From contig JAYWEM010000097.1 of assembly GCA_043779265.1 (NCBI GenBank), positions 1 through 21,433 of the forward strand: 21,433 nt of DNA. The letters are read 5' to 3'. Below the pieces are notes generated by a model. That model saw nothing but the letters and a program-made list of their open reading frames with translations. It had not been told where the DNA came from and did not search any database. How positions within the stretch are numbered: the first letter of the stretch is position 1; each line of letters starts with the position of its first letter. Source of the stretch: a bacterium. Its GTDB lineage: Bacteria; Eisenbacteria; RBG-16-71-46. Shown here piece by piece: positions 1 through 7,653 of this stretch. The translations under genes were made by a program, and so were the position numbers.

Positions 1-2
1 CT

Positions 3-401
3 CGGATCACGTTCCGATTCCAACCGCCGATCGCCGCCCTGCGCTTCGCACTCGACCGCGCGTCGGGCATCACGTTCGACCGACCGGCATTCCGCCCCGA
101 CGTCGGCGAGCGCATCCGGTTCCACACGCGCCTCGATCAGCGATTGAATCCGGCCGACCCGATCGATCAGATCCGGAATTTCAACTTCACGGCGAACATC
201 TTCGATCTGAATGGCCGGTTCGTCCGCAACCTGTTCGTGAGCCAGACGCGCTCGGCCCTGACCCCCGATGACGCGGCAGCCGACAGCTGGGATGGTCGCG
301 ATGACCAGGGACGCATCGTGCCAGCCGGGATCTACGTCCTGAGAACGGTGATCGAGCCGAACCTGAGCCGCGCCACCCGTGCCTTCGTGGTCGTGCGATG
401 A
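3..401 (+). CDS. 5'-truncated secreted protein with C-terminal FlgD Ig-like / T9SS-type sorting domain
   Basis: Frame is open from base 3 to TGA 399-401. The C-terminus IFDLNGRFVRNL...SWDGRDDQGRIVPAGIYVLR...RAFVVVR matches the FlgD_ig/CTD pattern. Stop overlaps the next ATG (ATGA). Confidence 0.8.
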   Translation, partial: RITFRFQPPIAALRFALDRASGITFDRPAFRPDVGERIRFHTRLDQRLNPADPIDQIRNFNFTANIFDLNGRFVRNLFVSQTRSALTPDDAAADSWDGRDDQGRIVPAGIYVLRTVIEPNLSRATRAFVVVR

Positions 402-1336
402 ACCGCCGTGCGCTCGTTCTCTGCGGGTTCACGGTCTCAGCGTTCCTGAGTGCGACTCCAGCACACGCCTACTTCGAGGACATCCAAGTCGGCGCACGCG
501 GTCTGTCGATCGGTCCCGCGGCCATCGCGACCGTGGTCGATGGCTCCTCCTACCACTGGAATCCGGCAGCGCTCGCGCAACTCGGCCAGCCGGAACTGCT
601 GGTCGACTATGCCAAGCCCTATGGCCTCACCGACCTGAACTCCGGCGCGATCGTGGCCGCACTCCCCTCGCACGGCATCGGCTGGGCCCTCGCATGGCGG
701 CACCTCGGACTGAGCGGCGTGTACAGCGAGGACATCTTCGCCGCCGCCGCCGGGCGCACGATGTGGCGCGAGCACTCGGGACACCGGCTCGATGCCGGGC
801 TCACGTTCAAGTTCGCTCGAGCCTCGTTCGATGTGTTCACCGAGCCCGGTACGAGCGCGGGAGTCGACTACGGCACGATCTCGAGGGGCGACCTCGACGC
901 CGGCCTCCTGTGGAGCACGCCGTGGCGGATGGACGTCGCCTGGGTCAGTCGCGGACTGCTCGAGCCGCGCTACGAGTTCGTGGCGGGCTCCGGCGGCGAC
1001 CGCATCCCGCTGCGCCATGAACTGGGGACCGCGTTCAAATGGAACCGCGAGTCGACGATCACGCTCGGATGGTCCCAACTCGAGGCGGGCGGCAGCACCC
1101 TGAACGCGGGGATCGAGATCCTGTTCTACGACGTCTTCGCGATCCGAAGCGGAGTCGCCAACCTGTCGCGAGTCTACGAAAGCTACGGCTCGCCGAACGA
1201 CCTCCAGTACCAGGGCGGCTTCGGCGTGTATCACCGTGGCTACCACGTGGATGCGGCCGCGACCTCGAATCGCGACCTCGGCGCCTCGTACCGCGTCACG
1301 CTGCGCGTCCCGATCGGCAAGGCGGACGCCCGATGA
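398..1336 (+). CDS. PorV/PorQ-like (FadL superfamily) outer-membrane beta-barrel protein
   Basis: Signal peptide ends in AHA. N-terminal motif GARGLSIG...DGSSYHWNPAALA is typical of PorV/PorQ/FadL. Amphipathic beta-strands follow; 312 aa. Confidence 0.75.
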   Translation: MNRRALVLCGFTVSAFLSATPAHAYFEDIQVGARGLSIGPAAIATVVDGSSYHWNPAALAQLGQPELLVDYAKPYGLTDLNSGAIVAALPSHGIGWALAWRHLGLSGVYSEDIFAAAAGRTMWREHSGHRLDAGLTFKFARASFDVFTEPGTSAGVDYGTISRGDLDAGLLWSTPWRMDVAWVSRGLLEPRYEFVAGSGGDRIPLRHELGTAFKWNRESTITLGWSQLEAGGSTLNAGIEILFYDVFAIRSGVANLSRVYESYGSPNDLQYQGGFGVYHRGYHVDAAATSNRDLGASYRVTLRVPIGKADAR

Positions 1337-2892
1337 GACGGTGCGCACTCGCACTCCTGCTCGCCGTCTCGGCGCCCCTCTTCCCCGCACGCTCGGACGC
1401 CGCCACCAAGTTGGAGGGCGAGTACCAGTTGATGGGGGAACTGCGCAAGACCGGCCGAGCGTTCCGATGGGACTGGAACTCGAATGAGTTCGACACGTTC
1501 AACAACGCGCAGTTGCGGCTGTTCTCGGCGCCGAGGCCGGGCGTCGAGGCCTTCTTGAAGGCCGAGGCCGCCTACAGGCCCAACGACAACTCGGGCGCGC
1601 GACCCGAGTTCCAGTTCCGCGAGGCTCACGTCCGGTTCCGTCGCGAGATGGGGCCGCGAGGAATGGACGCCTATCTGTTCTCGAGGCAGAGCCGGATGTG
1701 GGTGGACAGCTACCTCATCCCGTACGTGTTCGGCCGAGGGGACGCGCAGGGCGTGCGGCTGGAGACCTGGGGCTTCGGCCGGATGAACACGACGTTCATC
1801 GTCGCGGACCAATCCAATCAGTTCAACCCCGCTGACTTCGCCGGGCTGGCGCCACATCAGCCACTCGACTCGATCGCGGCTCAGCGCGTGCAGCGCACCG
1901 ACGACCTCTACGTCGTTCGTCTGCGCCGCGAATTCCTCAAGGAGAACCGGCTCCGCGTCGGCATAACGTTCAATCGGTTCGAGGGTTGGGCCGGACGCGA
2001 CAGCACCAGCGCGCCGTCGCCGTGGACGAGCGTGGTCGGCATCGACACGCGCTACCGACTGGGACGCACGGATCTCTCGCTCGAGTACGGCGAGAGCTTC
2101 CCGAACCACACGACAGGCAATGGCCGCGCCAACGAGTTCACGGCGTTCCGCAAGCCGCTCGGCTTCCAGCTCCCGGACCGCTCGGTCCTCGAGGCGGAGA
2201 TCCGGAGCGTGCAGGTCGGCACGCCTCGAACCGGGTACCTGAGCGTTGCACCGCGCTTTTGGAACCGCGGCCCCCGCTACGCGAACACGCTGGGTGGCCC
2301 GAGCACCGACGCGACGGGATTCATCCTGGACTCGTACTGGCTCCTGCCCGAGCGAGCGGTCACGTTCACCAATCGCTTGGTGCGGTACGGCAACAAGGTG
2401 TTCAGCCGCAATGCCACGCGCGAGATGTACAACGAGCTCTACGTGGAGTTCATCAACGGCTTCACCGGCAAGACCTACTATCGCATCCGGGAATCCTACG
2501 CCCCGAGCGGTGGCGTGCTCCGCAAGGACACGCGCTACGAGTGGTTCAACGAGGTCCAGGTCGAGAGCAAGCTCGCGTGGATGCGCGTGCAGTCCAAGGT
2601 CCGTGACATCGGCCGCCCCGAACGCAAGCAGATCTTCGTGATCGAGAACTCGCTCAACCTCACGGCCAAGGCCAAGGTCTACAGCCGGTTCGCGTTCGGC
2701 AATGACGCCGCCATCCAGCGCAAGGCGATCTTCACGCAGCTCCAGTACCGCCCGTCGAACAACATGGAGATGTTCCTCCAGTACGGGCCCGACTACATCG
2801 GCGGCGGCTCGAATCCCGTGGACGAGGGCAACCTCGTCGGAAGCGGCGACCAGTTCGATGTCATCAAGTTCATCTTGAAGGGGAGCTTCTGA
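1333..2892 (+). CDS. Predicted outer-membrane beta-barrel protein of unknown family (519 aa)
   Basis: Likely start is ATG 1333 (ATGA overlap with upstream stop). Sec signal MRRCALALLLAVSAPLFPARSDA; many alternating aromatic/hydrophobic strands; C-terminal beta-signal-like IKFILKGSF ending in Phe. Confidence 0.7.
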   Translation: MRRCALALLLAVSAPLFPARSDAATKLEGEYQLMGELRKTGRAFRWDWNSNEFDTFNNAQLRLFSAPRPGVEAFLKAEAAYRPNDNSGARPEFQFREAHVRFRREMGPRGMDAYLFSRQSRMWVDSYLIPYVFGRGDAQGVRLETWGFGRMNTTFIVADQSNQFNPADFAGLAPHQPLDSIAAQRVQRTDDLYVVRLRREFLKENRLRVGITFNRFEGWAGRDSTSAPSPWTSVVGIDTRYRLGRTDLSLEYGESFPNHTTGNGRANEFTAFRKPLGFQLPDRSVLEAEIRSVQVGTPRTGYLSVAPRFWNRGPRYANTLGGPSTDATGFILDSYWLLPERAVTFTNRLVRYGNKVFSRNATREMYNELYVEFINGFTGKTYYRIRESYAPSGGVLRKDTRYEWFNEVQVESKLAWMRVQSKVRDIGRPERKQIFVIENSLNLTAKAKVYSRFAFGNDAAIQRKAIFTQLQYRPSNNMEMFLQYGPDYIGGGSNPVDEGNLVGSGDQFDVIKFILKGSF

Positions 2893-5180
2893 TGCCCGTG
2901 CGCACACCCATGCCGTGGTTCCTGCCGGTGCTGCTCCTGGCGCTCGGCCTGATCGCGAGTGCGATCGCGCTGGCTGCGCCCGCGAAGTCCGGGGCGGGGA
3001 TCCGCTTCACGCACACCGCCCCTCACGCGGCCTCGGTCGCTTGGGCCGGCGATTTCAACGCCTGGTCCCAGAGCGCGAACCCGCTCGAGAAGGATGCCAC
3101 GGGCGTCTGGAGCCTCACACTCGCGCTGCCTGCCGGGACGCACGCGTACAAGTTCGTGGTGGATGGTCAGTGGCTCGCCGACCCCGAGAACAACGTGACG
3201 GTCGGCGAGTTCGGCAACAGCGTCGTGACCATCGGAGCCGATGGCGGATTGATCACCGCCGCGGCCACCTCGAATACCGCCTACAGCCCCAAAATCCTCA
3301 TGGGCGGACGCGTGATCGTGCTGCACCAGGCCACGTTGAATCCGAGCTACTCGCGCTACGAACTGACGCGCCCGGAGATGGACATCGACCTGGGCTTCGA
3401 CATCCGGGTTTCTGACGTCATGTCGAGCCATTTCCTGTTGAACATCAACCCGCGCGATGAGGACGTCCAGGACTACCGCAGCCGACTCAACTTCAAGCGA
3501 GGCTCGATCCTGCTCACGCAACCCGCACTGCGTGTGCTCGCGTTCGACAGCGAGAACATCGAAGCCTGGGACGGGCCGATCGCATTGGTCGGCGACGTCG
3601 GCCAGTTCCGCCGTCCGTACGGATTCCAACGCACCGGGTTCCTCGCCAACACCTCGCGCTTCGGCGTCCGCACCGACCTGCTCTATACCGACAACTTCCG
3701 CGTGGGCGGCACCGAGTATCCCGGGTTCGATCTGAACCGAGGCACCGGCCGCCAGTTCGTGTTCGAGGCCGACGCCGACGCCCGCACCATCTCGCAGATG
3801 CTCACCGAGCGATCGGGTTCTGGATACGCGCTGACGCGCGGGCAGATCAGCAAGGTGCAGAGCACCGACATCGGCGATGACGATCGGAGCTTCGGCTACG
3901 GCGATGGCGACGAGGACATGTTCGCGATGCGCCTGCGGCGCGACGTCGGTGCCTTCCGCCTCGGCATCATGGGCCGCACCGATCGCGGCTTCCACCTGGG
4001 GCAGCTCTCGCTCGCCCAGCCCACCTCGGACAGCACGCTCACGCAATGGCGAGGTCAGACGGCCAACGAGTGGTTCGGAGTCGGCGCCGACGCCCAATGG
4101 ACGATCTCGCCATCGGCCCGATTGCACGGCGCCCTCCTGTCGGGCGCGAGGCGGATGACCCTCCTCAACGGTTCCACCCGCACGGAGTGGAAGGCGACTT
4201 CAATCGCGGCCACGACCGTGGCGGCGACACCGGGAGCCAGTGCCTCGGCGGACGGAACGCACTTCACCATCGATCGGAGCTGGCGCCTGGCGCTGGGGGG
4301 CGCTTGGGCCCTCGCGGAGGGCGACATCGCGCTGCGGGCCGATGTCGAGCACCATCGCCACCGCTATCCAGCATGGATCCAGCCCCCGGCCTCGCTGCCG
4401 GGCGAGGCGAACGCCGATCATCCGCGATTCGAGAACGTCGACTATCAGCGTGGCACGAGCCTCGGCGACGACCTCGACAACTCGATGACCGAGTGGCGGC
4501 TCGGTTGGGATCGGAACTGGCGCTACTACCTCGGCCGACCGGTCAAGACGTCGGTCGAGATCGTGTGGACCGCCTTTGAGTACGACGCGCGCACGGCCTG
4601 GGAGTATCAGCTGTGGTTCCCGACCGGCAACTTCTGGCTGGAGAGCGGCCAGCACACGGTGTCGATCGACCGGCTCACACTGCTCGGGCAGTCCGATGTC
4701 GTCGCCCTCAAGCCCTCGATCGAGATCCCGCTGCGGCGCGCCAACGACATGCGGCTCGAACTGAAGGGCAACTACTCCGGCGTCAATCTCGGCACGCTGC
4801 CCAAGTACGCCGAGACGTTGGTGCAGTTCGGCTTCGATTACTCCAAGCCGCTTCGGATCCAGACCGATTGGCGATGGGCCAAATACGACGTTCCCGCGCT
4901 CGGGCTGTCGCGCGGCTATGTGAGCCAGTTCACCGAGGCCGTCTATCGCTTCGCCAGCGGCATCGAAGTTTCGCTCGGTTTCGGCGTCGACCCCCATGTG
5001 CTCGACCGTGACCTCAACGAGTACGCCCGCATCGGTCGCGAGCGCTTCCTGAACGAGCGTAACGCGAACGGGTTCACTGCGGAGCGCGACTGGTTGAGCC
5101 TGGCACCGCAACTGTCCGCCGCCGAGAAGCGCCTGCAGAATGAGAAGCGCATCCAGCTCGAGGCCATCGTCCGATTCTGA
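2892..5180 (+). CDS. CBM48-like glycogen-binding domain fused to predicted outer-membrane beta-barrel
   Basis: TGATG overlap with upstream gene (alternative ATG at 2910). Signal peptide, then VAWAGDFNAW...LPAGTHAYKFVVDGQWLADP (about 2997-3233), then about 630 aa beta-rich region ending RIQLEAIVRF. Confidence 0.75.
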   Translation: MPVRTPMPWFLPVLLLALGLIASAIALAAPAKSGAGIRFTHTAPHAASVAWAGDFNAWSQSANPLEKDATGVWSLTLALPAGTHAYKFVVDGQWLADPENNVTVGEFGNSVVTIGADGGLITAAATSNTAYSPKILMGGRVIVLHQATLNPSYSRYELTRPEMDIDLGFDIRVSDVMSSHFLLNINPRDEDVQDYRSRLNFKRGSILLTQPALRVLAFDSENIEAWDGPIALVGDVGQFRRPYGFQRTGFLANTSRFGVRTDLLYTDNFRVGGTEYPGFDLNRGTGRQFVFEADADARTISQMLTERSGSGYALTRGQISKVQSTDIGDDDRSFGYGDGDEDMFAMRLRRDVGAFRLGIMGRTDRGFHLGQLSLAQPTSDSTLTQWRGQTANEWFGVGADAQWTISPSARLHGALLSGARRMTLLNGSTRTEWKATSIAATTVAATPGASASADGTHFTIDRSWRLALGGAWALAEGDIALRADVEHHRHRYPAWIQPPASLPGEANADHPRFENVDYQRGTSLGDDLDNSMTEWRLGWDRNWRYYLGRPVKTSVEIVWTAFEYDARTAWEYQLWFPTGNFWLESGQHTVSIDRLTLLGQSDVVALKPSIEIPLRRANDMRLELKGNYSGVNLGTLPKYAETLVQFGFDYSKPLRIQTDWRWAKYDVPALGLSRGYVSQFTEAVYRFASGIEVSLGFGVDPHVLDRDLNEYARIGRERFLNERNANGFTAERDWLSLAPQLSAAEKRLQNEKRIQLEAIVRF

Positions 5181-5211
5181 TTCGACCTTTCCGAGAGGAA
5201 GGAGGAGCCCC

Positions 5212-5613
5212 ATGCGACGCCCCATGCTCGTGATCGCCCTGCTCGTGACCGGACTCTCCGTCCTCGGCTGCAGCGGCATCGGATTCATCAAGAAGCGCCT
5301 GCCTCCTCCCAACCAGACGCGAGACGGCGTGGTGTTCCGATTCCAGGCGCCCTCGGCGAGGACGGTCCAGCTCGCGGGCAGTTGGCCCGAGAACAACTGG
5401 CTCGCAGGTCAGGCCCAGACCGGCACGTTCCTCGTGGGCGAGATGAAGGACGAGGACGGCGATGGCACCTGGACGCGGACCCAGCCGCTGACGCCGGGGC
5501 GCTACCAGTACAAGTTCGTCATCGATGGCGTGAACTGGAAGGAAGACCCGAACAACCCGAACCGCGTCGACGACGGCTTCGGCGGGTTCAACTCCCTGCT
5601 CGACGTCCGATGA
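5212..5613 (+). CDS. Lipoprotein with single CBM48-like (AMPK beta-type) glycogen-binding domain, 133 aa
   Basis: RBS GGAGGA at 5201-5206 and ATG 5212. Lipobox VLGC. Motif VQLAGSW...LTPGRYQYKFVIDGVNWKEDP...DDGFGGFNS. Confidence 0.85.
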   Translation: MRRPMLVIALLVTGLSVLGCSGIGFIKKRLPPPNQTRDGVVFRFQAPSARTVQLAGSWPENNWLAGQAQTGTFLVGEMKDEDGDGTWTRTQPLTPGRYQYKFVIDGVNWKEDPNNPNRVDDGFGGFNSLLDVR

Positions 5614-6458
5614 GGCGACCGATCGGAGCCCTCCTTGTCCGCTGGTGCACCGCCTCGCTCATCCTGCTGGCGATGGCCGGATGCTCATCGAACGAGCGCG
5701 ACCCGCTCCTGACGCCGACCGGGATCCGCCCTTTGCCCGCGCACCTCGCCGGCGGGCTCGAGGGGTTCATCCGCCATGACTCGACGATCTATGCCGGGCT
5801 GAGCGGTGCGCCCTACCCACCCACCGTGGTGACGCTGCTGAAGGGCGACTCGGCAGTCGGCGCCGATACGATCGCCGCCGACCGACGCGGCTTCCGATTC
5901 GTCGGCCTCGCACCGGGACGCTACACCCTGCTCGCTCGCTCGCACGCGTTCCGGCCTGCATCGCTCGGGCCCGTCCAAGTGCGCGAGGAGATCCGCGATG
6001 CGGGGGACATCCCGATGAGCGCGGCCTCGGAGTCGCTCCAGACCATCGTTCTCGTGATCGGACAGATGCCGGGGTTCACCGAGGCCGAGATCTTCTCCTT
6101 CGAGACCGCCATGGACGCGAACACGCTCGGCTTGTGGAGCTATCCGAACAGCTTCGCCGCCGCTCGGCCGGTCGCGGCCGGGACCTACCGGTTCAAGTTC
6201 CTCACCGACCTCTCCTCGTCGGGAGGCCAGTGGATCGGGTGGGGCGGCGACTCGAACCAGGTACTCACCGCCCCCGTCACGGACCGCCCGGTTCGATTCG
6301 GCTTCGGAAGCTCGACCGACCTCAAGGTGTCCTTCCCCACGAGCGGGCTATATGAGTTCACCTTCGACGAGCGTCGGCTCACGTTCAGCGTCCGATTGGC
6401 ATCGCCCAGTCCGACGCTGCGATCGCACAGGCGCCCACTGGAAAGGTCCAACCGATGA
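5610..6458 (+). CDS. Lipoprotein with carboxypeptidase-regulatory-like Ig domain and C-terminal putative starch-binding (SusE/F- or X25-like) domain, 282 aa
   Basis: ATGA overlap; lipobox MAGC. FRFVGLAPGRYTLLAR is CarboxypepD_reg-like. VLVIGQMPGF...AAGTYRFKF...WIGWG...SGLYEFTFD resembles starch-binding beta-sandwiches. Confidence 0.6.
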   Translation: MRRPIGALLVRWCTASLILLAMAGCSSNERDPLLTPTGIRPLPAHLAGGLEGFIRHDSTIYAGLSGAPYPPTVVTLLKGDSAVGADTIAADRRGFRFVGLAPGRYTLLARSHAFRPASLGPVQVREEIRDAGDIPMSAASESLQTIVLVIGQMPGFTEAEIFSFETAMDANTLGLWSYPNSFAAARPVAAGTYRFKFLTDLSSSGGQWIGWGGDSNQVLTAPVTDRPVRFGFGSSTDLKVSFPTSGLYEFTFDERRLTFSVRLASPSPTLRSHRRPLERSNR

Positions 6459-7573
6459 GATCCCTCCGATTCCTTCCTGTCCTCGTCGCCCTGCTCTCGC
6501 TCGTCGGCTGTGCAGGCGGTTGGCGCGGCGGCGTCGTCCCCTCGAAGTGGGCCGATGGTTCGAGCGCCGCGAGCGCCCCCGCGACCGAGACGCCAGCTGC
6601 GAAGCGGACCGGCGGCGCTGCGACCACCACGGGCACCACGTTCACGTGGTCGGGAGAGGGCGCGTCGGTCGCTCTGGCAGGGGATTTCAATGAGTGGAGC
6701 ACCAGCGCCGACCCGATGGCGAAGCAGACTGACGGCGGATGGAAGTTGGTCAAGGCGCTTGCGCCCGGACGCTACGGCTACAAGTTCGTCATCGACGGTA
6801 CGACCTGGAAGCCCGATCCGAACGCGGTCGAGAAGGCCGACGACGGCTTCGGCGGAAGCAACTCGATCATCGTCGTGGGTGGTGGAACCGCTGCGGCACC
6901 CGCGAAGCCGACGCTCGCCACCCAGCCCGCCGCCGCCAAGCCGGGGCAGGTCGTTTCGGCCGATGGCGTGTCGCTCCGTTGGCAAGGTGGCGGCAACACG
7001 GTCCATCTCGCGGGCGACTTCAACAGTTGGAGCCCAAGCGCCGAACCGATGGCCAAGCAGGCCGACGGCAGCTTCCTGCTGACGCGCAAGTTCGAGCCGG
7101 GCCGTTACGCCTACAAGTTCGTCGTCAACGGCACGGACTGGAAGGCCGACCCCACCGCGACGGAGACCGTGGACGATGGCTTCGGCGGAACGAATTCGAT
7201 CCTGGTCGTGGGTGCGGCGGGGAGCGCCACCTCGGCACCGCTCAAGGTGGCGACGACGAGCACGCCCGCAGCAGCGGTGAAGGTGTCGGGCAGTGCGCGG
7301 CCCCCCATCGTGGCCGCCAACGGCGTCACGTTCACGTATGCGGGCATCGCGCGCAGCGTCTCGCTGTGCGGAGGCTTCAACCAGTGGGCACCGATCGCGG
7401 ATGCGATGCAGCAGCAGCCCGATGGGACCTGGACGCTCGTCAAGAAGCTTCCGGCCGGGCGACACGCGTACAAGTTCCTCATCGACGGTTCGAAGTGGGC
7501 CATCGATCCGGCCAATCCCGACTCCGAGGACGACGGCTTCGGTGGCAAGAGCTCCATCCTCATCGTGAAGTGA
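6455..7573 (+). CDS. Lipoprotein with three tandem CBM48-like glycogen-binding domains
   Basis: ATGA overlap; lipobox LVGC. Three copies of (L)AGDFNxW...PGRYxYKFVxxGxxWxxDP...DDGFGGxxS separated by Ala/Pro/Thr-rich linkers. Confidence 0.9.
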   Translation: MRSLRFLPVLVALLSLVGCAGGWRGGVVPSKWADGSSAASAPATETPAAKRTGGAATTTGTTFTWSGEGASVALAGDFNEWSTSADPMAKQTDGGWKLVKALAPGRYGYKFVIDGTTWKPDPNAVEKADDGFGGSNSIIVVGGGTAAAPAKPTLATQPAAAKPGQVVSADGVSLRWQGGGNTVHLAGDFNSWSPSAEPMAKQADGSFLLTRKFEPGRYAYKFVVNGTDWKADPTATETVDDGFGGTNSILVVGAAGSATSAPLKVATTSTPAAAVKVSGSARPPIVAANGVTFTYAGIARSVSLCGGFNQWAPIADAMQQQPDGTWTLVKKLPAGRHAYKFLIDGSKWAIDPANPDSEDDGFGGKSSILIVK

Positions 7574-7653
7574 TCCCGAAGCGTCGAGCGAACTCCATGC
7601 TCGGCGCCCTCTCATCGGCAGGCCGCGACAGTCGGCCTGCGGAGGTTCGAGAC

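Noticed and set aside
1333..5180. Calling the barrels LamB maltoporin or SusC/TonB-dependent receptors
   Set aside because: No recognisable LamB N-terminal motif, TonB box, plug domain or SusC signature; left as unknown barrels.
6739..7653. N-terminal extension of the GH13 ORF to 1191 aa (similar over-extensions at 1039, 5140, 5382, 11605, 17009, 19684, 19808)
   Set aside because: The extensions overlap real upstream genes or intergenic DNA and are Arg-rich nonsense. Downstream ATGs have an RBS or stop overlap and the expected N-termini.
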